Positions 35,256 through 44,053 of a stretch of 55,413 bases of DNA are shown one piece after another (position 1 is the stretch's first letter; each line of letters opens with the position of its first letter). The stretch comes from Minisyncoccales bacterium (GTDB lineage: Bacteria > Patescibacteriota > Minisyncoccia > Minisyncoccales > UBA5738). Under the pieces are notes generated by a model. The model was not told the origin of the DNA and did not search any database. It saw nothing but the letters and a program-made list of their open reading frames with translations. The position numbers and the translations under genes are program-made. The stretch lies in contig JBARNX010000033.1 in assembly GCA_049641805.1 (NCBI GenBank), positions 1 to 55,413 on the forward strand, written 5' to 3'.

Positions 35256-36197
35256 ATGTTTGAAAATAATAAACTTGCAAAACTTTTGAATATCAAGTAT
35301 CCGATCATCCAAGGCGGCATGGCGGGCGTTTCGGAATCGGTTCTGGCTTCCGCGGTTTCCAATGCCGGGGGATTGGGCGTGATCGGATCGGGATTTGCGT
35401 CGGCCGCTTGGCTGGATGAAGAAATTAAAAAAACCAAGCTGTTGACCGGCAAGCCGTTTGGAGTGAACCTTTTGTTGCAAAACCCGAATGTTTCCGAACT
35501 GGTCAAGGCGGTTATTGCCAATAAAGTTCCGGTGGTGTTTACCGGCGGCGGCAACCCGGTGCCGTTGATGCCGTTTTTGAAACAGGCGGATGTTAAAATT
35601 ATCCCCGTGGTGCCTTACGCGCGTTTGGCGGTGAAAATGGAGCAGGCGGGCGCAGACGCGGTAGTGGTGGAGGGGCTTGAATCCGGCGGACATATCGGAG
35701 AAAGCACGACAATGTGCTTGGTGCCGCAGGCTGTCGGAATGGTTAAAAATATTCCGGTGATCGCTGCCGGCGGAATTTGCGACGGACGGACAATGGCCGC
35801 GGCAATGGTTTTGGGCGCCGATGGCGTACAGATTGGTACCCGATTCCTGGCGGCCGTTGAATGCCAGGTGAGCGAAAGCTACAAGAAGGCGGTGATTAAT
35901 GCCGCCGATGAGAATATTGTGGTGGTGGCGCGTTTTACCGGCCATCCGGTGCGGATGATCAATAACAAATTCGTTGAATCGGTGCGCAAGATCGAGGAAA
36001 AAAATCCGTTTCCCGAAGAAATAAAATCCGAACGGTTTGCCGGCAACAAAGGCGGCGCGAACGCCGATTTGTCGCCGCTATTGTGCGGCACTTGCGCGGG
36101 AGGGATCAAAGAAATTAGAACTTGCCGGGAGATTATCGACGAAATTATTGCCGATGCCCTGAAAATCCTTTCGTCGGCTCCGGGTATGGCAAAATAG
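35256..36197 (+). CDS. NMO/FabK-type enoyl reductase (stand-alone paralog)
   Basis: KYPIIQGGMAGVS, VVVEGLESGGHIGE. Confidence 0.75.
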   Translation: MFENNKLAKLLNIKYPIIQGGMAGVSESVLASAVSNAGGLGVIGSGFASAAWLDEEIKKTKLLTGKPFGVNLLLQNPNVSELVKAVIANKVPVVFTGGGNPVPLMPFLKQADVKIIPVVPYARLAVKMEQAGADAVVVEGLESGGHIGESTTMCLVPQAVGMVKNIPVIAAGGICDGRTMAAAMVLGADGVQIGTRFLAAVECQVSESYKKAVINAADENIVVVARFTGHPVRMINNKFVESVRKIEEKNPFPEEIKSERFAGNKGGANADLSPLLCGTCAGGIKEIRTCREIIDEIIADALKILSSAPGMAK

Positions 36198-36205
36198 AAT
36201 TAAAA

Positions 36206-36874
36206 ATGAAAAAAATTGTTTCAATGGCCGCGTGGCTTTTCCCCGGGCAATGCATCAAAAGGATGTTTGTCAAAGAAGTGGAGGGGAGGAGCAATTTTCC
36301 TAAAGGGAATTTTATCTACGCGGCCAATCATTTGAGCCATATTGATTGGCTGATTGACGGCGCGATCTTGACGCCGCGGCGATTCACTTTCATCGGCCAG
36401 ACGGATAAAATGATTGGGATCAAAGGATTTTTGCGAGACTTGATTTATTGGTGGGCCCAGGTGATTCCGGTTAACCGCAATGATCACGAATCAAAAAAGA
36501 GAGCCGCGATGGCCGCGCAAACAATGCTTAGAAGAGGTTATTGTCTGATAATTTATCCGGAAGGCGCGCGGTCGCGTGACGGCAAATTGCATGAATTCAA
36601 GCCGGGCGTGGGCCGGTTTCATCTGGAAAGCGGTGTTCCTGTTTTGCCGGTGGCGCATTTTGGCACTTATAAGTTAATGCCGCCGGGGGAGAAATTCAGG
36701 GCAAAAAAAATCGTAAAAATAAAAATCGGCAAACCTCTCAATTTTACCGAAGAAAGGAAGGCGGCAGAATTGCTGGACAAGAAATCGCAAGCCTATTACA
36801 GGCTTTGCGCTGATGTCGCTAAAAATGTTGAAGAAGCGGTGAGAGGGCTGTTGGAAGATCAAATTAATTTTTAA
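36206..36874 (+). CDS. PlsC-family lysophospholipid/glycerol-phosphate acyltransferase
   Basis: NHLSHIDW (HX4D) and IYPEGARSRDG. Confidence 0.75.
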   Translation: MKKIVSMAAWLFPGQCIKRMFVKEVEGRSNFPKGNFIYAANHLSHIDWLIDGAILTPRRFTFIGQTDKMIGIKGFLRDLIYWWAQVIPVNRNDHESKKRAAMAAQTMLRRGYCLIIYPEGARSRDGKLHEFKPGVGRFHLESGVPVLPVAHFGTYKLMPPGEKFRAKKIVKIKIGKPLNFTEERKAAELLDKKSQAYYRLCADVAKNVEEAVRGLLEDQINF

Positions 36875-36883
36875 ATTTTTCCG

Positions 36884-37549
36884 ATGAATACTTTCGTTTC
36901 AACTTTATCGCGAATGGTTTTGGGCGGCGCGGTTAGAAATTTGCTGATCAAAAATATCAAGGGCTGGGATAATATTCCCAAGGGAAATTTCATTCTAGCT
37001 TCCAATCATTTGAGCCATATGGACTGGTTTATGAGCGGTTATATTACTACGCCGCGCAGATTCACTTTCATCGCCCAAGTCGACCAGTACGCGGGTTTTA
37101 AAAAATTGTGGCGCAACATTATTTATTTTTACGGCGGGATAATTCCGATCGACCGCAAAAGCGATCAATCAAAAAAAGATGCGGTCGCGGCGGCGATAAA
37201 AATGCTTGGCCATGGATATTGCGTGGTGATCTATCCGGAAGGCGGAAGGGCGTATGACGGAGTAATGCGCAATTTCAAATCAGGCGTAGGTAAATTGCAT
37301 TTGGACAGCGGCGTACCGGTGTTGCCGGTTGCCATTAAGGGAACCCAAGAATTGATGCCGCCCCATGGCCGGTTGAAATTCAAAAAAGCGGCGCAAATAA
37401 ATATCGGCAAACCGCTGTCGTTCGGTCCAGAAATCGCGGCCGCGGGAAAAATGGACAAGGAGTCGTTTGAATACCGCAAACTTTGCGCCGGTGTTTCTAA
37501 ACGGATTGAAGATGAGGTGCGGAAATTGTTAAAAGAAAATGGAAATTAA
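36884..37549 (+). CDS. PlsC-family acyltransferase (tandem paralog)
   Basis: NHLSHMDW and IYPEGGRAYDG. Collinear with the preceding gene. Confidence 0.75.
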   Translation: MNTFVSTLSRMVLGGAVRNLLIKNIKGWDNIPKGNFILASNHLSHMDWFMSGYITTPRRFTFIAQVDQYAGFKKLWRNIIYFYGGIIPIDRKSDQSKKDAVAAAIKMLGHGYCVVIYPEGGRAYDGVMRNFKSGVGKLHLDSGVPVLPVAIKGTQELMPPHGRLKFKKAAQINIGKPLSFGPEIAAAGKMDKESFEYRKLCAGVSKRIEDEVRKLLKENGN

Positions 37550-39083
37550 AAAAATTCTTATTGCCAACCGGGGAGAAATCGCTTTGCGCATTTTGCGGAC
37601 ATGCCGCGAAATGGGCATTAAAACCGTGGTTTTGTGCCCGATGCCCGGTCAGGAAAAAAATTTCCTGGAAACATCATTGGCCGATGAATTTTATTATCTT
37701 GAAAAAGAAGGTTCGGCGGGGTACCTGGATAAAGAAAAGATAATTTCGATCGCCAAAAAGGCCAAAGTCGATGCCATTCACCCGGGTTATGGTTTTTTGT
37801 CGGAAAACTGGCAATTCGCTTTGATGTGCGATCGCAGCCGGATAAAATTCATCGGGCCGCATTTTAAGACCTTGCGGACTTTACAGGACAAAATCGAGGC
37901 CAAAAAAATCGCCAAAAAAATCGGCATTCCCACGGTTCCGGCCTCCGACCAATCGATAAAAAGCAAAAAAGATTTGATCAAATGGGCTGACCGCATCAAG
38001 CCGCCGTTTATTATCAAGGCCCAGCGGGGCGGTGGCGGGATGGGTATTCGCGTGGTTAACGGCCAGATGAATTATGAGGAAATGATGACGCTGTCGCTAG
38101 GGGTCCAGCGGCAGATCGCGGGCGCTTTCGACGATATTGATTTTTTTCTGGAAAAATATTTGCCCGAAGTCAAACATATCGAATTCCAAGTTCTGGGCGA
38201 CGGCCGCAAGGCGGTTCATTTGGGCGAGCGCGAGTGTTCGATCCAGCGCCGGTTCCAGAAAATGGTGGAAGAATCGCCTTCCGCGGCGATTGACGATCGT
38301 TTGCGCGCCGAAATGGGCGCTTGGGCGGTTAAGATCGCGCAATATTTGAGTTATCGCGGCGCGGCCACGATAGAGTTTTTGCTGGATAAAGACAAAAATT
38401 ATTATTTTATGGAAGTGAATCCGCGGATTCAGGTTGAGCATCCGGTTACCGAGGCGGTTACCGGAATCGATATCGTTGAGCAGCAGATCAGGATCGCCGA
38501 AGGCAAACAGCTGTCGTTCGGGCAAGAAAGCGTTTATCAGAGCGGATGGGCTATTGAGGTGCGCGTTAACGCCGAAGACCCGCAAAAAAATTTCATTCCT
38601 TCGCCGGGCGCGGTTTCAAAATACATCCCTCCGCAAGGCCAGGGGGTGTTTGTGCACAGTTTTTTGCAGGACGGCCAGGAGGTTTATCCCTATTTTGATT
38701 CGATGCTGGCAAAGGTGATCGCGTACGGCAAGGATCGGGATTCGGCAATTACCAAGTTGCGCCGCGCGCTTTCCGAAACCGTTATCGAGGGTGTTGCCAC
38801 TACGATTCCATTTTTCAAATTATTGTTGGAAAAAGATGATTTCATCAACGGTAATTTCTATACTAACTTCATTGAGAAAAGCGGCATTGTGCAAGAATTG
38901 ATGCTCAAGCCGTATTTACAGAAAAAAGTCGTTTGCGGGCGCAAGGAGATCGAAGAACAGGCGATTGCCGATATCGCGCGCGCGATATATCGGGAAATAA
39001 AAAACTTCAACGGATCTTTGAACGATGAGCCGGCGGTTTCAAAATGGGTTTTATCCGGGCGGATGTCAAACCCCGAAGAATAA
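37539..39083 (+). CDS. accC: Biotin carboxylase
   Basis: KILIANRGEIALRI, GYGFLSEN, ATP-grasp region, EVNPRIQVEHPVTE. Confidence 0.85.
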   Translation: MEIKKILIANRGEIALRILRTCREMGIKTVVLCPMPGQEKNFLETSLADEFYYLEKEGSAGYLDKEKIISIAKKAKVDAIHPGYGFLSENWQFALMCDRSRIKFIGPHFKTLRTLQDKIEAKKIAKKIGIPTVPASDQSIKSKKDLIKWADRIKPPFIIKAQRGGGGMGIRVVNGQMNYEEMMTLSLGVQRQIAGAFDDIDFFLEKYLPEVKHIEFQVLGDGRKAVHLGERECSIQRRFQKMVEESPSAAIDDRLRAEMGAWAVKIAQYLSYRGAATIEFLLDKDKNYYFMEVNPRIQVEHPVTEAVTGIDIVEQQIRIAEGKQLSFGQESVYQSGWAIEVRVNAEDPQKNFIPSPGAVSKYIPPQGQGVFVHSFLQDGQEVYPYFDSMLAKVIAYGKDRDSAITKLRRALSETVIEGVATTIPFFKLLLEKDDFINGNFYTNFIEKSGIVQELMLKPYLQKKVVCGRKEIEEQAIADIARAIYREIKNFNGSLNDEPAVSKWVLSGRMSNPEE

Positions 39084-39095
39084 GGACTAAAAACC

Positions 39096-39479
39096 ATGAA
39101 ATTCAAATTTAACAATCAAGGCAAAGATTATGATGTGGAAATCATTGACCAAGGCGAACAAGCCATGAAGGTTGTTGTTAACGGCAAAGAGTTTTCGTAC
39201 GGCTCGTTTGACGCGGTTCAGGCGGCGGCGGTACCGCAGGCAATCTTGCCCAAAAGAGACCTTTCGTCAAAAGAGGTCAAAGCGGTTTTGGCCGGGACGA
39301 TTTCGGAAATATCCGTTAATGCAGGCGATATCATAAAATCGGGACAAAAACTGCTTACGCTTTCGGCGATGAAAATGGAAAATGAAATTTTATCGGAAAC
39401 CGACGGCAAAATCAAGGAAATTAAAGTCGCCAAAGATCAAAAAGTCAAAGAAGGCGATATCCTTATTGTTCTGGCATAA
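39096..39479 (+). CDS. Biotin carboxyl carrier protein
   Basis: AMKMENEI biotinyl-lysine motif. Confidence 0.75.
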   Translation: MKFKFNNQGKDYDVEIIDQGEQAMKVVVNGKEFSYGSFDAVQAAAVPQAILPKRDLSSKEVKAVLAGTISEISVNAGDIIKSGQKLLTLSAMKMENEILSETDGKIKEIKVAKDQKVKEGDILIVLA

Positions 39480-39484
39480 TTTTT

Positions 39485-40015
39485 ATGGATTTAGATATTA
39501 AAAAATTCGATAATCTGGATTCTACCAACAGCAAGGCCAAGAAGCTGGCGAATGGGGGAAGCGGAGCTTGGACGGTCGTGGTCGCGAAAGAACAGAATGG
39601 CGGTTACGGGCGAAAAGGCAATGCCTGGTATTCGCCGGACGGCGGACTGTACTTTTCCGTGATTTTGCCCAAAAGCAATGTTGAGGATCTGCAAATTTTA
39701 ACGATCCTGGCGGCGTTTTCAGTGGCTCAAACCATCAAAGACCGATTCGGGGTGGAACCGTTCGTGAAACTGCCCAACGATGTGTATCTTAACGGCAAAA
39801 AGATTTGCGGAATTCTAACGGAAAATATTATATCAGGCGAAGTCAAATCGTCGGTGATCGGGATCGGCGTGAATACGAATATCGGGGCATTTCCAATGGA
39901 GCTGGCGAATGCGACTTCGCTTGAGATCGAACTGGGCAAGATGATTGACAACAGTCTAATTTTAGAGCAGAGTATAAGCCAGTTGCAAAAGATATTCAAG
40001 GCCATCGGCCAATAA
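39485..40015 (+). CDS. Biotin--protein ligase, catalytic core only
   Basis: GGYGRKGNAW and KLPNDVYLNGKKICGILTE. No HTH and no C-terminal domain (176 aa). Confidence 0.7.
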   Translation: MDLDIKKFDNLDSTNSKAKKLANGGSGAWTVVVAKEQNGGYGRKGNAWYSPDGGLYFSVILPKSNVEDLQILTILAAFSVAQTIKDRFGVEPFVKLPNDVYLNGKKICGILTENIISGEVKSSVIGIGVNTNIGAFPMELANATSLEIELGKMIDNSLILEQSISQLQKIFKAIGQ

Positions 40016-40167
40016 AATTTAAAGTTTAAAAATCAAAATGGAAAATGACAATTAAAAGTTAAAAATGGGAAAATTTTAAAATTATTTTATTTTAAATTTT
40101 AAATTGTCATTATCGGTTTATTAAAACTGCCTGCCAAACTGATTTTTGATATTTACATTTTTAATTA
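40016..40167 (+). repeat. AT-rich palindromic intergenic element (copy i)
   Basis: Carries the 28-nt GC module (inverted) at 40114-40141. Confidence 0.75.
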
Positions 40168-40173
40168 ACTACT

Positions 40174-41724
40174 ATGAATTTTGAAAAAGAAATCGAACAA
40201 TTAAATAAAAATTTGGAGGGTTTGGAAAATCCCGAATTGATCGAAAAACAGCACCAAAAAGGGAAGATGGCGGCGCGGGAAAGGATTGCCGCGCTGATTG
40301 ATCCGGAAACATTCGTGGAGTTTGATCCGTTCGCGGAAACAAGATTTTCCCGCTTTGGGTTGGATAAAAAGAGAGCCGCGGGCGATGCGGTGATCGCCGG
40401 TTTTGGCAAAATCAGCAACCGTCCGGTTTGCGTTTACAGCCAGGATTTTACCAAGGTGGGCGGCGGTTCGCTGGGCGAAATGCACGGCAAAAAGATTATT
40501 AAAGTAATTGATCGGGCGCGTAAAATCGGTTGTCCGATAATCGGCATCATTGATTCGGGCGGCGCGCGGATTCAGGAAGGTGTCGCCAGTCTGGACGGTT
40601 ACGCGGGGATATTTAACGCGATGGTTAAGGCTTCGGGGGTGGTGCCGCAAATCAGCGTTATTGTCGGGCCGTCGGCCGGCGGAGCGTGCTACGCGCCGGG
40701 ATTATCGGATTTTGTTTTTATGGTTGACGGCGTTTCGCAAATGTTTATCACCGGGCCGGAAGTGATTAAAAAGGTTACCGGCGAGGAGGTATCGTTTGAC
40801 GCGCTGGGGGGAGCCAACGCTCATTGTGCCAAAAGCGGTTGCGCCCAATTCCGCTGTGCCGGCGAGAAAGACTGTTTTGCCGGCGTTAAAAAACTTTTGG
40901 GTTATTTGCCACAGAACAATATGGATGACGCGCCGCGGTCAAAAAGCATTTTGGCGGAACTGTTCGAAAAAGAGGACAATGCCAAACTTTTAGACATTGT
41001 TCCCGAAGACAGCGGCAAGGGCTATGATATGAAGGCGGTGATTGAAGAGATTTTCGATAAAAATTCATTTTTTGAGATTCAACCGGAATTCGCGGTTAAC
41101 GCGGTCGTTGGTCTGGCCCGTTTGGGCGGTTATGTTACGGGCGTGGTGGCCAATCAGCCCAAAACGATGGCCGGAGTTTTGGATATTGATTCTTCGGACA
41201 AAATCGCGCGGTTTGTGCGTTTGTGCGACTCCTTTAATATCGCATTGGTTAATTTGGTTGATACTTCCGGATATCTTCCCGGCGCCAATCAGGAACATAA
41301 CGGGATCATCCGTCATGGCGCCAAGGTTTTGTACGCCTATGCCGAAGCCAGCGTGCCTAAGATCAGCGTGATTATCCGTAAGGCATTCGGCGGCGCGTAT
41401 ATCGCCATGGCCAGCCGCGCTTTGGGTTATGATTGCGTCCTTGCCTGGCCGGGGGCGCAGATCGCGGTGATGGGGCCGGAGCAGGCGGTGGGAATTATCT
41501 ATCGCCGCGAATTGGCGGAGCGCAATGACGCGCCCAAATTCGAACAGGAAAAAATCAACGAAATGAAACTGCTGGGCAGCGCTTTCGAAGCGGCAAAAAT
41601 GGGCCAGGTGGATATGGTAATCAATCCCAAAGATACCCGGACGATCCTGACCAAACTGCTGGAATCGCTATTGACCAAGCGCGAAGAAAAGATTTCCAGG
41701 AAGCACGGGAATACGCCACTGTAA
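40174..41724 (+). CDS. Acyl-CoA carboxylase carboxyltransferase (PccB/MmdA type)
   Basis: 516 aa. GGGSLGEMHGKKI, DSGGARIQEG, RKAFGGAYIAM. Confidence 0.85.
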   Translation: MNFEKEIEQLNKNLEGLENPELIEKQHQKGKMAARERIAALIDPETFVEFDPFAETRFSRFGLDKKRAAGDAVIAGFGKISNRPVCVYSQDFTKVGGGSLGEMHGKKIIKVIDRARKIGCPIIGIIDSGGARIQEGVASLDGYAGIFNAMVKASGVVPQISVIVGPSAGGACYAPGLSDFVFMVDGVSQMFITGPEVIKKVTGEEVSFDALGGANAHCAKSGCAQFRCAGEKDCFAGVKKLLGYLPQNNMDDAPRSKSILAELFEKEDNAKLLDIVPEDSGKGYDMKAVIEEIFDKNSFFEIQPEFAVNAVVGLARLGGYVTGVVANQPKTMAGVLDIDSSDKIARFVRLCDSFNIALVNLVDTSGYLPGANQEHNGIIRHGAKVLYAYAEASVPKISVIIRKAFGGAYIAMASRALGYDCVLAWPGAQIAVMGPEQAVGIIYRRELAERNDAPKFEQEKINEMKLLGSAFEAAKMGQVDMVINPKDTRTILTKLLESLLTKREEKISRKHGNTPL

Positions 41725-41762
41725 AAAATACTCGAAACCATAATATTAGAAACAAGCTGCAA

Positions 41763-42206
41763 ATGAATCATTCGTTAAATAAAATCAGCATACCAAAAAG
41801 AATAAAATTTATCGTATATTTTTCGTCATCCGTATCGGCGGTTTTATTGTTTGGTTTAATATTCATGCCACTCAATAATGGTGTTAGCTATTTTAGTGCT
41901 CTTATAAATAATTGGCCTTTCATTGCGGCGATGTTGTTTTATGTATTTATTGCTTACGAGTTGTCTAATGGCAAAAAAATTGGATGGTATTTTGGTTTAT
42001 TGTTCTTTCCAGCTATGATTTTGGTTCAATTGATACCACTCATAGAAATTATGGGACGGAAAAGTTATGAAACCATTTTCTTGCTGGGATTCCTCAATTT
42101 ATTTGGCGTGTTTTTCTTGGGAAATCTTTTATCAATGATATTTTTATTAAGAGATCGCAAGAATTATTTCGCGGCGGTGGAGAAGGCGAGGAATAAGACC
42201 GCTTGA
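41763..42206 (+). CDS. Small multi-pass membrane protein
   Basis: 4 predicted TM helices. Low-GC segment. Confidence 0.4.
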   Translation: MNHSLNKISIPKRIKFIVYFSSSVSAVLLFGLIFMPLNNGVSYFSALINNWPFIAAMLFYVFIAYELSNGKKIGWYFGLLFFPAMILVQLIPLIEIMGRKSYETIFLLGFLNLFGVFFLGNLLSMIFLLRDRKNYFAAVEKARNKTA

Positions 42207-42216
42207 CAATAAATTT

Positions 42217-42268
42217 ATTAGTAATACACTACTAATAAATGGCACTTAATTAGTAATACATTACTAAT
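42217..42268. promoter_or_regulatory. Two copies of a 20-bp palindrome (operator-like)
   Basis: attagtaatacactactaat (42217-42236) and attagtaatacattactaat (42249-42268). TTGACA at 42203. The ATG follows at 42272. Confidence 0.45.
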
Positions 42269-42271
42269 CGT

Positions 42272-43567
42272 ATGTTTGAGCAATTATTGGTTGAGCAAAA
42301 TCGGCAGTGGCGCGGCGGCCTTTTGGAGGCCGGTTTTGAGCGTGGAATCACCAATGATTTAATGGGGTATGTTTCCATCAAGCACATTGTCGCGTTGCTG
42401 GGCGTGCGGCGGTGCGGAAAATCCACTGTTCTGAAGCAAATCATTAATCGCTTGATTGGCCAAAAAGTTCCGCCGGAGAATATCTTGTTTTTGAATTTGG
42501 AAACGCCGCTTTTGGAAACATATAAAAACGATCCGGTCAATTTGCAAAAGATATACGAGGAATATATCGCGTTGGCGAATCCCAAAAAGGGGCGGATATT
42601 TGTCTTTTTGGATGAAGTTCAATTTTTTCCCAAATGGCAGGTTTTTGTTAAAAACCTTTATGAAAAAGGCGGGGTGAAATTTTTCATCACCGGATCCAAT
42701 TCGCAGCTGCTTTCCGCGGAGATGGCGACATTGCTTTCCGGCCGCCAAATTATAAAAAAAATTTATCCATTCAATTTCAAAGAAATTGTTGCCATTAAAA
42801 AAATTGATATAAGCGATAATCTTGCTATTGCAAAAAATCGCGCGAGTTTGATCAAAGTTTGCCAAGAGTATCTGAAAATGGGCGGCTTTCCCGAAGTGGT
42901 TTTGGAGCAAAACGATGATATTAAACGGGAATTGCTTGTCAATTATTATCGTAGCATTTTGTATCAAGATATCGCGCCTCGTTTTGAAATCAAGAAAACC
43001 AAAGAGGTGGAGGGTTTGCTATTGTACCTTTTTTTAAATATTGGACAGGGATACAGCTATAATTCATTGGGCAAGTTTTCCCAAATCCAAGGCAAAACCG
43101 CCAAAGAATATGTTGGATTTTTTGAAAAATCGTTTTTGTTGGCCGAAATTTCGAATTATCAATATTCTTTGAAAAAACAGGAAAATTATCCCAAAAAGGT
43201 TTATGCCATTGATAATGGTTTTATGGAAACTGCATCGTTTGCTTTCAGCGAAAATTACGGCCGGCTTTTTGAGAATGCGGTGTTTTTCAAGCTGATTGCC
43301 GATGGCAAAAAAATATATTATTACAGGAACTCGTTTGAATGTGATTTTGTTATAAAGGAAAAAACAAAAATAATGACCGCGATTCAGGCAACGAAAAAAA
43401 TTGACGCAAGCAATGAAAAAAGAGAAATGAGCGGGATTTTGGCGGCGATGGATAAATTCAATTTAAAAAGCGGGCTGATAATTACTGAAACGCAAGAAGA
43501 AGTTAGGACGATTGGCGATAAAATGATAAAAATAATGCCTTTGTATAAATGGCTTTTGGAGCCGTAA
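42272..43567 (+). CDS. AAA+ ATPase with a DUF4143-type C-terminal domain
   Basis: Walker A GVRRCGKST, Walker B IFVFLDEVQ, C-terminal ECDFVIK...AIQATKK. Confidence 0.7.
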   Translation: MFEQLLVEQNRQWRGGLLEAGFERGITNDLMGYVSIKHIVALLGVRRCGKSTVLKQIINRLIGQKVPPENILFLNLETPLLETYKNDPVNLQKIYEEYIALANPKKGRIFVFLDEVQFFPKWQVFVKNLYEKGGVKFFITGSNSQLLSAEMATLLSGRQIIKKIYPFNFKEIVAIKKIDISDNLAIAKNRASLIKVCQEYLKMGGFPEVVLEQNDDIKRELLVNYYRSILYQDIAPRFEIKKTKEVEGLLLYLFLNIGQGYSYNSLGKFSQIQGKTAKEYVGFFEKSFLLAEISNYQYSLKKQENYPKKVYAIDNGFMETASFAFSENYGRLFENAVFFKLIADGKKIYYYRNSFECDFVIKEKTKIMTAIQATKKIDASNEKREMSGILAAMDKFNLKSGLIITETQEEVRTIGDKMIKIMPLYKWLLEP

Positions 43568-43570
43568 AAA

Positions 43571-43903
43571 ATGAAAATAATTAAGGAAAAATTCAAGACA
43601 GATATAAAAAACCGGCTTTACTGGGGGAGGGTTTATTTCATCGCGGATAATCGCGCCGCCAAAACCAAGTTATTTTGGGCGATGTCGTTTGAATATGTGC
43701 GGCGACAGCTTTTGGCCGAAACATGGAAGGATGAGGATGTCGATCATTTGCTCAACAAGGAAGTGGTAAATCGCGCCAAAGAAACCAAACGCAAGATATT
43801 CAACCGTCCGGTGAAATTTTCCGTGAATGGAATTGATCAAAAAGAGGATTCCGATTTGATGCTTTATTTGGAGGAAAGGGACAAAATCGACCAACATGGC
43901 TGA
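43571..43903 (+). CDS. Hypothetical protein
   Basis: 110-aa ORF, 3 nt after the ATPase gene. Confidence 0.35.
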   Translation: MKIIKEKFKTDIKNRLYWGRVYFIADNRAAKTKLFWAMSFEYVRRQLLAETWKDEDVDHLLNKEVVNRAKETKRKIFNRPVKFSVNGIDQKEDSDLMLYLEERDKIDQHG

Positions 43904-43917
43904 CGCGGGCGCAAGGT

Positions 43918-44053
43918 TGTTCTTTTCGTAACGGGACTCACGCAAATTTTAGAAATTTTGCGCGAAGCAATTTATTGTTATAAAAAGACCGGTTGTTTAT
44001 GGCGGGGAAGATCGCAAAATTTCTAAAATTTGCGAATCATTACGAAAAGAACA
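43918..44053. repeat. 136-bp nested inverted repeat
   Basis: Outer arms tgttcttttcgtaa/ttacgaaaagaaca. Inner arms cgcaaattttagaaattttgcg/cgcaaaatttctaaaatttgcg. Confidence 0.7.

Noticed and set aside
36122-36205. An upstream extension of the first PlsC gene overlapping the fabK-like gene.
   Set aside because: The extension overlaps the preceding gene by 76 nt in another frame and has no family similarity. ATG 36206 follows the upstream stop by 8 nt.
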